A DNA stretch of 63,516 bases, counting the filler, from Circinaria calcarea (Eukaryota): NCBI GenBank assembly GCA_051942165.1. It is 13 parts of 13 records of this genome, joined end to end, with 100 filler letters (N's around TTAATTAATTAA, not from the genome) between each part and the next. Parts side by side here need not be neighbours in the genome. Positions count along the whole stretch, not along the records: positions 34,298 to 39,089 come from JAVECS010002179.1; positions 39,190 to 43,978 come from JAVECS010002180.1; positions 44,079 to 48,867 come from JAVECS010002181.1; 10 more parts are not named here. One strand, given 5' to 3'. The notes beneath the pieces were generated by a model. It had not been told where the DNA came from and did no database searches. It saw only the letters and a list, made by a program, of their open reading frames with translations. Below are positions 37,551-48,967 of this stretch, piece after piece. Numbering within the stretch: position 1 is the stretch's first letter; every line of letters begins with the position of its first letter. The position numbers and the translations under genes were made by a program.

Positions 37551-37719
37551 TGTCAGAGTTATGTGGTTGAACGCTTGATTGCTTGCTATATAGAGGGAGG
37601 CCGAAGGCCCCACTATACATACCGGAGTCGCTAGCGCGACTCCCCTGGCTACCACACTAAACACAGGTGGCTGGCAGGGCCCTGCTAGGGCCCTGGCTTA
37701 GCGTGCTTGATTTCTAACA
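37551..37719. mobile_element. Solo LTR (169 bp) with 5-bp target-site duplication TTCGA
   Basis: Starts TGTCAGA and ends TCTAACA (imperfect terminal inverted repeat, TG...CA). TTCGA lies at 37546-37550 and at 37720-37724. Confidence 0.85.
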
Positions 37720-40299
37720 TTCGAAACATTCATTACATATACAACAAGAGAGCTTCCATTCCAAGCAAGGGGCAAGCAGATTTCAGCAACCGATCGAAAC
37801 CAGATCCCCCTTTTAAAAGCGTCAGAGTGTCTTCAAAGTTCCAGCGTAGCTGTTCTGAAGCAGACGAAGCAAAAAAAAAAGTAAATGAATAATATCACTC
37901 AAGAATGCGAAGCATAACGATATGGTTTTTTTATTCTCAACTCCATACATTACCGCCTGAACGGCCAATGAATATTGTCATCTCTCTGTCTCGGCTTCTT
38001 AATCCTATCGGGGGAAAAAGTGTCTTTCCTTCATGTTCAACGGGTTTTTTTTTCATGCCGGACTTGCATGCGGCTGATATATTGCGTCCTTTTTCTCTCC
38101 TTCCCTCTCTAAGCAGCTCTCGGCGATTTATTTACTGGCTTTCATCCCTTTCACTTTTTATCGCATGGGAATTCCCACGAGGAAGTGTGCCTACCATTTG
38201 CCCTACATAGGGATTTCTACGAGGAGGGCGGTCCGTTGATATGGAAAGTATCTCTCCGATATGACAAAAACTGGTTGAGTTTCTGGCTTTCCTGGTTCTT
38301 TTGAAGAACAGTCCATGTGTAAAATAATGGTGCAAGGAAAGAGTGATAGGCTCGGGCAGCAAGTACGCCGATTGTTGCATTTTCGACACGGCGTACATAA
38401 TCGATTGGTAATTCAGAGAGTGGGGAAGAATGAGTTACGATATGGAGGAGAGACGATGCGGGGAGAAAAACCAATAGGAAGGAAGGAACGAAGGGCCTTC
38501 TTGTCAATATATGAGAAGGGGGGGGGGCGAGGGTTTGGGATTTGAGTCCGGAAAATATGGGATACTTGGTTTATTTAACTTATCTACTGGGAAGCCGTGG
38601 TTTAAAAAGGTCTGTTTTTCCAAGAGAGCAGAAAGAAGTCTTTTTGCGTAGTTCCCTGTCAAGCTACGGCGTCACTAATAGGCATCGATTAATAAGTGAA
38701 AGAGTGAGTGGTGTAATTATGTGTATGGGTTGCTGTATTGTGTAACTGCTGTGCTGCCTATTATACAGCGAGGAAATCTATCTATGTGTGCGTGTGGGCG
38801 CTCGGAACAATATGCGCCCGAGGAGCTAACCTAAAAGGTTTGACATTCCCAGCCAAGAGGCTTGGGTTCAAGAGTTTGGAACATGACCACCCCATCCAAA
38901 CTCTCTAGTTTTCTGATTCAACGGCTTTCCCGTGCCCCAACCTTTTGGCTCATTCGTGTTTATGGGTACATAATTTCACTTATTTATTTTTCTTTTTCAT
39001 GTCAATCATACCCTATTTTCTAAACCGCGATCCAGCTTCCATATCCACACCCAAATTAAACCCTGCTGCTCACCGCCTATCCTATATTCNNNNNNNNNNN
39101 NNNNNNNNNNNNNNNNNNNNNNNNNNNNNNNNNTTAATTAATTAANNNNNNNNNNNNNNNNNNNNNNNNNNNNNNNNNNNNNNNNNNNNGTATGTAAGAT
39201 TGATAAAAGAAGAATTCACAAGAGAAGTGCCCATTTCTTACCACATCTGTCTGACATCTATCTCTACGAACGGTAGGTCCCCTAAGTTCCCCCCAAAGTC
39301 CCTCCCCCCGCTATTATTTATTACTATTCCTATTCCTATTCCTATCCCCATTACTATCCCTATCCCTATTACTTCCTTCTAATTTGAAAAGATTTTCGTA
39401 TTCCTTGAAAAAAGGAACCGGAATCCATCCATCCAAACAAAGAATACGAAGAATCTCAGAATCTCTTATTCTTATTCCAACTCGCTGTAGTATAGTGAAC
39501 TAAACTAAACTGTCGGTGATACCATAAGGGGATACAAGGTTTTTGATTTTTGATTTTTGGGGGGGGGATCAAGGAATGCAATGCACACGGAGAAATGTTC
39601 ACATGTAATCAGACGACGACATTCCCCCCATGACGAAATCAAATCACCGACACCGAGAGAACACGTTACGGTTAGTTGCACAATTCAGACGCGAACTTTG
39701 TTATTTAAGCTAGTTTGCCCATGGGGCCTAGATCCCATGTACAGGAGGAGCCAGATCTGCGCGATGGGGGGAGGGAGAGAGAGAGAGAGAAAAACAGGGT
39801 ATCTCAACGAAGAGGCTTCCATTTTTGGTAACCAGAAGACTCCATCACATCAGATTCCTTCACTTGCCTCCACCAGTCACAATTTTTTGTACCGCCGGCG
39901 ACGAAGGGTTAAAAAAAACAGACATACCACGGGGGGTAGTCGACAGTATGCTTTTCCATATTTCCTTCCCAGTTATGCATCGGGGGGCCGGAGTAGTAGG
40001 AAATGCGTCAACGCTAACAATGCAGCAATACAACGCTCAGATGGGAGTAGGTACAGGCTTTTTGATACAGGAAACGAGACGATGGGGATACTTCCTTCGG
40101 CCCCTGCGATGCAAACGGCGTTTGAGACAGCGAAGACGGTGAATTAGGATAGATGGCACCCATAGATACACGGATATGTTGGATTATGAGACCGCAGTTA
40201 GATGTCGGCGATGAGCGACATTGGTGAGCCAAAGGTAAGCCCACGGGGAAATTGATGTGATATACTGTCACACCTGACAGTAACAAGCCGTTCTATAAC

Positions 40300-41526
40300 T
40301 CACATCATCCCAAGCCCTGGGTAGTAGACTGCCGATCGCGATGGCGCGGAAATCTGGTTCCTCAAGGGCGTCGGGGTACCAGCACACTGGCGAGGAAATA
40401 CACCGTTGCTCGCGGCAAAATGTTCCTCCGGAGTGATGGGAGGCGTTAGAGCGCCATTAGGCATGTTAGCAGGGTAATGGCTCTTCTGCGGCGTTTGGAA
40501 GGCATTCGTGGTGTACGGAGCTGGGTTATTAACACTCGCCGCAAAGGTGGCAGACGGCGGAGTCGGAGGAACAGCAGCATAAGCCCTCTCCGCGGCGGCA
40601 TGTCGAGCAAGAAACTGTTCCACTATCCTCGAAGCTCGTGATAGATGGGATGATGCATACTTTTGAGCTAACACGTTCGATGGTTTCCAAAGTAATTCGG
40701 AAAGAGCCGTCATCGTCGGTACGCTGTATTCGGCTTCCCAATCTTGTGGATGAGGCTGATTCCGACGCAGTAAATGCCGTGACAGAGCCAAGGAGGCTCG
40801 GGCTATTTCGGAGGAGGGCTTCGAAATGAACTCCTTGTGGAACATGGCCATCTCGGAAATATAACGAGCCAGATTCTCGGCCTCAGAGTCAAACATAGGA
40901 CCATCGCGCAGGAGCTGGAAATAGCCATCAACAGTAGGATGTCCAATCGCCCAGTCCAGCGTCTGCAGGACATGCCATTCCATTTCTGTAAAGGTCTGCT
41001 CTTCGTAAAGGGAGCAACACATTTTACTCAGCTCTCGAATCGTAGGTACCTTCTCCTTAGCATCCCCGTACTTGGCAGCAATCAGAAGAGAAGTGACACC
41101 AACCAGCTGATAGTGCTTCCGGTAGACGATTCTCCGCGAACAGTAGCGATCCAGGATATTTACAGTTAAGAAGAGCGTCTCCGGGAGGAGTGCAAAGGCA
41201 GCATGAGCTTCAATCAAGAAGTCAAGCAAGTAGGGCCTCATATACCATTGGATTTCCGTTTGAACGTCAATTGAGGCGACGTCGGGGATGGTCTCAAGCT
41301 TAGGGTGTGTCAGCTCCAGGATCATGGAAAGAAAGTAAGGATTACGAACCTCCATCTGCAGCATATGCCTCAGATGATCGTCTTGATACTCTTCCCGTGC
41401 AATCTCGGACATCTCCTCCGCAATGCACAGCTGCTGCTGCTTCTGCAAATGCCTTGCAAGCGCCTTGGCCGTCTCCTGATTGTGGATGTCATTAGACCCA
41501 ACGAAGAAAGGCTGATGATACGACAT
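40300..41526 (-). CDS. G1-type cyclin (Cln/Puc1/Ccn1-like); in-frame intron 41299-41349
   Basis: Cyclin box QTEIQWYMRPYLLDFLIEAH...TVNILDRYCSRRIVYRKHYQLVG...AAKY, and a PEST-like tail with TPP sites. Confidence 0.92.
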   Translation of the reverse strand: MSYHQPFFVGSNDIHNQETAKALARHLQKQQQLCIAEEMSEIAREEYQDDHLRHMLQMEVRNPYFLSMILELTHPKLETIPDVASIDVQTEIQWYMRPYLLDFLIEAHAAFALLPETLFLTVNILDRYCSRRIVYRKHYQLVGVTSLLIAAKYGDAKEKVPTIRELSKMCCSLYEEQTFTEMEWHVLQTLDWAIGHPTVDGYFQLLRDGPMFDSEAENLARYISEMAMFHKEFISKPSSEIARASLALSRHLLRRNQPHPQDWEAEYSVPTMTALSELLWKPSNVLAQKYASSHLSRASRIVEQFLARHAAAERAYAAVPPTPPSATFAASVNNPAPYTTNAFQTPQKSHYPANMPNGALTPPITPEEHFAASNGVFPRQCAGTPTPLRNQISAPSRSAVYYPGLGMM

Positions 41527-44078
41527 GACTGCGAAAGGTATTAGGGGTTGATGTATGCCGTAATTGATTCGACGATTCGGTCGAGGAGATGACTTTTCGA
41601 AGATCAGGAGGGGGGTTTGCGTTGGGTACCGTTCTCGAACGAGTGTCGTTTTAGCGATTAGGAACAATTACCAAAGATAGCGAGTAATTGGGACAGTAAA
41701 GAGTGTGATGTAATAGTTGGTTAAGACGGTCAGTGAAGTTCCAGGATGACTACCCGGTTTTGAAGTGGAGATCCTAGGGGTCGGACCTGGAATGCACATA
41801 CTTATTAGTCCATGTGGAGAAGGGACCTGTAATCTCATTCATACCTCAGATCATTGGACAATCCCTTGCAAGGCTGCTGAAATTGCGATTCGCCAGCCTG
41901 GAATGGAAAGACTACCTATACTGAAGGAAGCTTTGGCTGATCCACCTGAGTGAAGAATGTAGAGAATAAGCTACAAGGTTGAAGCGCGATCTTGACATAA
42001 AGGAGGATTATCAGCACCAGAGATTTGACCGTAGAGACCTTGTGGTATAACATACGAAGGGAAAAGTGAGTAAGACCTTCCTTCAATCGATTGGACTTTT
42101 TCGTGGACCGACCAAAGCCTAAGGGACTTGCAGATAACTACCAGAATGAGCTGTCAGTCTGCGAAGTCTTTGCCATAGGTGCTTGTGAACAGAATGACGT
42201 TGGAAGAACAAGAAATTAAATAAGATGGCGGGTTTCTTGCAGCGCGGCCCGAAAAAGGGCGCCATCGATTCATAGGAGGGTTTCATGTGCTAGTTCAAGG
42301 AAGCAGAAGTCTTGAAGCAGCAAGCATCAGCATCTGGTTGGCGGTGATGATCCAGAACCCCCATGACCCGTTATATCCAGCCACAGTGAACGGACCATGA
42401 GGTTGCACTCTACACATCCAGCCCCGATTCTGTCCTGCAATTCCTACTCTTGTCACGGTCCGCAACAATCCGAAGCCTCCGTTCTGGTCAGGGTAATGAA
42501 CCGAACCGTGAAAGGGAGGTTCAGCGAACTGTTGGTGGTTGAACATTGGGAATGGTTGAGGTTATAGACTTCGTGAATGTTGTCGATGCTGATGCATACC
42601 GGCAGCTGACACAAGATGAGAGGAGGGTCCGGGATGTTAGATCCAATCTCAAAGCAGTCGGAGAGGACGGTGGGCGTGGTTGGTCATATTCCCCAAGGAA
42701 GGATTTCATGGTGTAATGATTTGGGGAAGTGAGGAATTTAAAGAATATGTCACTACGTACCAAATACTGCGAGTTCCTACTGACAGTTCACGGCCAAAGT
42801 CTTTTGTGCAGGTTGAAGACAAGGAAGCAATGCAGCAAGTCGAGTGGGGGAGCGTGAGGGCTGGGTTTTGAGTCCCCAGTCGAGATGTGAATGACACGGG
42901 GAAATATAGGGGCGATGGTGCACCCGGTCCGTGCTGTGGGGAAGGCGGAGAGTGAAGAATGAGGGAATGACTCGGTGACTGCTTGACGCTGTGGGTGAAC
43001 GGGGGAGTTTCGAAGAGTCGACGTGCACGCTCACAGCTCAAAGGACAGTCAAGGAGGTGGTGGGTGGTGGTGGACCCAAACCGACATCAAACAGTACCGT
43101 CGACTGCCAATTGCCTACCCGGAGTCTCTGTATGACTGGCAGAGAGAGTAGGCACGATGAGGGAGAGGGGAGAGGAGGAGGAGGAGGAGGACTGACGCTC
43201 TCCAGAGATTGATGAGACGAGGCTTGAGACTGGCAGCCTCTCAACTTTACCTCCCCGTCGAGATTTGAAGACTGCTACCGACGACCAGGATGCTCAATCG
43301 GGCCTTAGCGTGTATCCTGTATCCTTGGCGGGCACCCTCCCACTCGCTCACTTCGGCCTATCCGCACCAGCAACTGGCCGTGCACGGGTGGTGGAGTTCC
43401 TTGTAATTTATCCAACCGACTCGGTTACTTTGGTATCATTGACCCAGGAAAACCGACCCTGACCGGGATCCGGCTTCGTCATTCTGCAGCAATGGATCGC
43501 GAGGTGGGAGGAATCTTACGCTGTTGGTAAGATAGTCTACGCAGTCTCGTGTTTGCCGCGTTCCTACGCAAATGCTCATCTCCCAAAGTCGATGATCTGG
43601 AACACGACGAATTTCCCACCCCCTTCGCCTTCGGACTTAGTATTAGATGGATGTGTTTGACTGTCGCTCTCTTCTTCAGGAGGACTGAACCGGAGTGGTC
43701 CTTGGTCCGTCGAAAAGTCTACCACAGTCAGTGATGCTTCGTGTCACGGTCAGCCCCTGTTTCCGATATGATCGTCGGAGCAGCCCTGCGCTTTGGTGAT
43801 AGGATTCACCCGACTGCTGACCTTGCCCATTTACACGCCCGGGCCATTCAGAGAGGGCCCAGAGAGGGAGAACCTTTTATGCGACGGTGTTTTGCAGCGG
43901 CGAGGTATCTCCTCCTGAATTGGTCCATATGATCTTCATTCGAGTCGCGTCTCGGGACAAATGAGAGGCTCTGAACGGNNNNNNNNNNNNNNNNNNNNNN
44001 NNNNNNNNNNNNNNNNNNNNNNTTAATTAATTAANNNNNNNNNNNNNNNNNNNNNNNNNNNNNNNNNNNNNNNNNNNN

Positions 44079-46211
44079 TCCCTGAGCTATGCCGCATCCG
44101 GACCGATGCCGCATTTTCCCCGCATTCCACCCCCCATTTCAAAAAATCATTACTCCACCAATATGGCCTCAATTGATTCAGCTCTTGCAGATCTAAACGC
44201 CCAAATACACCCGAATATACGGGCCACCGCCAGAAAATTCGGCCTGGTCGAAAGCACCCTAAGAAGACGCTGGAAGGGTCAAACCATGTCTCGCCAAGAC
44301 GCCGCCTCCGAATACATTCAACGACTTACCAACAGTCAAGAAGAGGCATTGATAGGCCAAATCAATCGCCTAACCGACCGAGGAATACCTCCAACTAGCA
44401 GGATTGTGCGGAATCTTGCGGAGGAAGTGCTGGGCGGCCCTGTTGGAAAGAACTGGACAGGGCGTTTTGTACAAAGGCATAAAGAGAGGCTTACAAGCCT
44501 ATACCTGCGCAATATCGATAAAGTGCGTGTACAATCCGAATATGCGCTTATATTCAAGCAGTTCTACGACTTGGTACGTCTCAATTGGCTGTATAACAGT
44601 TGAAATACTAATTTTTTCTTAGTTACTCAATGCCTACGAGAAATACCATATTACGGCCGATAATACGTACAACTGGGATGAAAAAGGCTTCCTAATTGGT
44701 ATGGCAAGTGCCACACAGCGTATTATGACGCTAGAAGCTCTCCTTTCTGGCCGGATCACGCATGCAAGTCAAGATGGCAGTAGAGAGTTTATTACTCTAC
44801 TAGCCAGTATCAGCGCCACCGGAGTCGCATTACCGCCAGCTCTCATATACCAGGGTGATTCCGGCACACTTCAGGATACTTGGGTGGAGGATTGGACACC
44901 GGATCAAGAGGCATACTTCGCCGTATCATCCAAAGGCTGGAGTTCTGATGAAATTGGCCTAAAGTGGCTACAAACGATATTCCAGCGTTGTACGGCAGCA
45001 AAAGCAGGTAATAGAAGACGTCTACTATTAGTAGACGGTCATTCTAGTCATATAAATATGAAATTCATCGATATATGCGATTCTTTTCGTATTCTATTGC
45101 TTGTTTTACCGCCGCATTCTACACATCGTTTACAGCCCCTTGATGTTTCTCTTTTTGCTCCGCTAGCGAACTATTATACACAGGGTTTAAACCAGTTATT
45201 ATCTAATAGTTTAGGTATGGTAAGCATGTCTAAACGTGCATTTTGGAGTGTTTTTTGGCCTGCCTGGCAACGCGCATTTTGTCAAAAGAACATCGCTTCC
45301 GGATTCGAGAAAACCGGCATATTTCCATACAATCCGAGCATTATTCTCGACAAAATCATCAAAAAACAGCCAATCATGGCTTCCACACCATTGAAGACGC
45401 CAATCAGCTGCCGTGCAGTTCGCCGCATGCACCGCGCATACAGATTCAGGCCAAAAGATACGTTCGTATCGAAACTTCTTCGTGCAAACGAACGCCTCGC
45501 TACCGAACGTTCCATCAGTCAACATGTCATCAAAGGGCTACTTAACGCCTTTCAGCAAGAAAAGAAACGTCGGAATAGAGGCAAACGCCTTAATCTACTC
45601 GGTGAAGATGATTCTGGACCTCAATTTTTCAGTCCAGCAAGGGTGCAGGCTGCTAGAGAGCATCAGGCGGTCAAAGAGGTGGATGAATTGGCTAAAAAAC
45701 AGGCAATTGAGGACAGGAAGGCTCAGGCAATTGCTAAGAAGAAACAGAAAGAGGAAAACAAAGAAAAGAAGGCAGCAGCTTTGGCTGAGAGACGGCGAAT
45801 GGCGGAGGAAGCGAAGGCTACGAAGGCCGCAGAAAGGCAGGCTCAGAAAGAGCTAAAAGAAACTGCTAAACAAGAGAAGGAAGAACAATTGGCGCTACGA
45901 AAGGTTAGCAAGGAACCTTCTGATGTTAGGAAGACTGAAAAGCAGAAGGTTCGGAGGTCAATGGCTGCTATAATAGAGGAGGAGGTTGAAAAGGAGGTTA
46001 GAGTCACGTCACATGGAAGGCTTGTTCATAGGCCTAAGCATTTAGATGATTAATTTATTAATGATCAATTCTTATTCACATATATTTAATCTATAATATA
46101 TCTAATTTTTACTGCGCCAATTGCTCTTGTTGTTCTATAATAATTAATTATTGAAAATGGGGGGGGGGGGACCTGCTGCGGCATTTAACCGGATGCGGCA
46201 TAGCTCAGGGA
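44079..46211 (+). mobile_element. Pogo/Fot1-type (Tc1/mariner superfamily) DNA transposon, apparently full length
   Basis: Perfect 23-bp TIRs TCCCTGAGCTATGCCGCATCCGG (44079-44101) and CCGGATGCGGCATAGCTCAGGGA (46189-46211), followed by TA. The left TSD is lost in the gap. Confidence 0.95.
44163..46053 (+). CDS. Transposase (HTH + CENP-B HTH + DDE_1); intron 44574-44622
   Basis: IRATARKFGLVESTLRRRW, VGKNWTGRFVQRH, NWDEKGF, LVDGHSSH, PPHSTHRLQPLDV. No stops remain after splicing. Confidence 0.95.
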
Positions 46212-46544
46212 TATCTGGTACTCCGCCCCCGTCAAACTCACCCAGCGGATGTAAGATTACAATGGCCCTGCCGCCATCTCCACAAATCAAGTCACCCCTC
46301 TTGCAGCACGGCTTTTTGGGATTTGGATGTTTTTAGTGGGGATTATGGTATCCGGATATACGCGGCGTACCGGGACTGGTACACGCTTGCGCTATGGATA
46401 TATGTCATTGCTCTCGCCCACTTTTCCAGCGAATGGCTGGTTTCTGGCACAATGAGGGCTGGTAAGGGGTTACTGCAATCTGGATGTACGGCCATAGGGA
46501 GTTTGGTCTGGATGTTGGCACAATGGAGCAGTTATATCAAATAG
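46212..46544 (+). pseudogene. ERG28-like ergosterol-biosynthesis scaffold pseudogene fragment
   Basis: QVTPLAARLFGIW, then a frameshift to IRIYAAY...LALWIYVIALAHFSSEWLVSGTMRAGKGL...SLVWMLAQWSSYIK. There is an in-frame TAA at ~46252 and the 5' end abuts the TIR. Confidence 0.75.
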
Positions 46545-46675
46545 AAGGTTATTAAGTCAGTGAGGCATCAAATACACTGTATATTTGTTTGTTTGAGCTT
46601 ACTGGGGTATATTTATATACGCCTTGGTAGTCCGGACTAGACTAGACTAGCAAGCCAATCTCAGTCTAGGGACTA

Positions 46676-47480
46676 CTAGCAGCGCTGATCAAAGGAACAC
46701 CGAGAGAGCATGACGGAGCAACGGGAAAACAACATCTCCGTCATGTCCTCGTGAGCCCGAGTCTCCCCTCCCAACCTCTTATCCACCACGAAGTCAGGAT
46801 CGAAAGCCCCTCTCCGATATCCTCGGACCATATCTCCTAGCAGGTTATATTTCCATGCAAGCCTCATCCCCTTCTGAATGCCACCACTGTCGCTGTCCGA
46901 ATAGTCCCTGGAATTTGCTATGATTGACTTGTTTGTCCATGTGTTGGTAATATTTGCAACCTCATCAAACATGACAAGGACTCATCTGCTCATCGTAATA
47001 GATCCACCTTTCCAATTTAAAGTATTCATCAATAACAAGAAACAGGTTTTGATCAACAAACCTACGTTAAAGCAGCTCATGCAATGCCTCTCATCCACTG
47101 AGCCGTAGATTGCTGTGATCAAGGTGACGCACGTCAAGAGTCCCAATGAAAGAGATCTTCCGAGCCAGGCTTCGAAATTCAGGAAGCCGATATTCGACAC
47201 CATTTTACTTGGATAAAAGTACCTTCTTGATAAGCTGTTGTAACGTCACGTAGAGGCCAGCAGCCTGCTTGCCTAATCACCCTAACCATAGCGCCTGCAA
47301 AAGTCTTGAACCAGTGCCGTAAGGCGTAAGGGTGATAAAACATTCTCTTCCCAATTGACTTTTTCAGAACATCGGCATGAAAGTCGTCAATCTCTGCTTG
47401 CAGCCCATTGTAACGCTGCTGTGCTTCATCCCAGCTCCACAGCTTGCCTCGGTCAACAAATGGATTCGCCCAGATAGTGT
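46676..47480 (-). pseudogene. Degenerate coding remnant of unknown family
   Basis: Protein-like frames (NPFVDRGKLWSWDEAQQRYNGLQAEIDDFH..., GGIQKGMRLAWKYN...) are broken by stops and frameshifts. Confidence 0.3.
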
Positions 47481-48007
47481 ATTAATGGCGGTATATGCAC
47501 TTCATCTATGACCGACGTTGTCGTATACCAGAGCTATCACAATGACCGACATGGGGGCATAAGGGCTGGATGTGATGTCTGGTTTAAGTGAATTGCTCTT
47601 CACAATTTCGATCCATGCTAGAAATCAGTGTTTGAAGTGCTTAAAGGCAAAGCACGTATATAATGTTGAAATTGAAAGCGCGTTGTTCGCACCACAAACG
47701 GTTAGAGGCGCTGAGGTTAATGGCAGCTCCTGTGATTACCGACGCCACGCAACACACAACGACTTGCAGAAACCACAATCAGCGAATATGCCCATTGTCT
47801 TTCTGCCTATGATGAGGTCGGATAAAGCTTTAAAAAGACTCTATTCGCATCAGGCTGTTGTGTGAGTACCAAGGGTAACCAGGCTCAGGCATACCAGGTC
47901 GGTTGGTCTAAACGTACTCGGACGAAGTTCTCGGACGAAAAGCTGTCCGCTCAAGGATTCGTACCGATCAAAATTGTTCGAGTACCGTAATTGAATCTTT
48001 TCTAAAC

Positions 48008-48867
48008 TTATGCACAGCTCCTGTCGACACCAAGCCCGAGGAGATGGAACAGGACGGGATTAACCTCAACCGCAAGCCAACCTATGCCTATATGACCCTG
48101 TGAGCATACGTTGATCGAACTAGAACAGCAGTACCCACCTGTATATACTATCAACTTAGTTATTACCTCTACATCATATCGTACCCTTGGCTTCTCAAGT
48201 TGGGAGAATATTTCTCTGTCCTCTTTCTCATTTTCCCTTTGATCTTGACTAGCACTCCTCACAGTTTCGTTCTGCTCATTCATACTATCCGGCGTGAGTG
48301 GCCCATTAACCCGAACAGAGCTGTCTTGCATGCTTTCGTAGAGACTTGTACTCGACGACGCGGGTGTTGGAAGCGATCGGGGTGCCAGCAATCCATTGGA
48401 TTTACCCTGCGGTTCGATAATACCAAAGTAATCTGATGAACCGCGTTCATGTTTGCCCTTGCGAGTAACGACAGGGCTCGACACAACGCCAGAAGTGCTC
48501 TCTCTACGGCGCTTTTGCCGGAATGCTAGTGTTTCGTAAGCATCAGCTGCAGATTGCGGTCCAACAGAAACTGCACGATTGCGTCGGGGATGGCGAATTG
48601 CAGACAACATGCTTGGGATCTCGAATACGGACGGTATCACGTTATCAACCTTGATATGTCCAGGTACCTCTTTGTATTGCCTAGACGCAAAGGTTAGTAC
48701 ACTGAAGCAACATTCTTCCAACCAGTAACTCACGAAGCTTGCATGAAGAACCGTCGTGGCAAGCTGAGTCCCAGCCTTTCGACGATGCGAAAGACAGGGG
48801 GCAGACTTCTAAGCAAGGCTGGTTTCATGACCCCTCTCCAAGCAAAGATTATCATAACGCCAATGAT
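48008..48867 (-). CDS. LCB3: 3' part of dihydrosphingosine-1-phosphate phosphatase (Lcb3-like), 2 introns, 5'-truncated
   Basis: IFAWRGVMKPALLRSLPPVFR...LPRRFFMQAS and EKPRVRYDVEVITKLIVYTG|IGWLAV. Confidence 0.85.
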
Positions 48868-48967
48868 NNNNNNNNNNNNNNNNNNNNNNNNNNNNNNNNN
48901 NNNNNNNNNNNTTAATTAATTAANNNNNNNNNNNNNNNNNNNNNNNNNNNNNNNNNNNNNNNNNNNN

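Noticed and set aside
37600..37700. Hairpin cluster as a structured ncRNA gene
   Set aside because: No snRNA, SRP, RNase P or telomerase hallmark is visible, and the TG..CA ends plus TSD explain it as a solo LTR.
41700..43978. Numerous short ORFs upstream of the cyclin, and similar ones at 15000-17500, 36000-39000 and 51500-53750
   Set aside because: They are overlapping, motif-free and consistent with chance ORFs in UTR or intergenic DNA.
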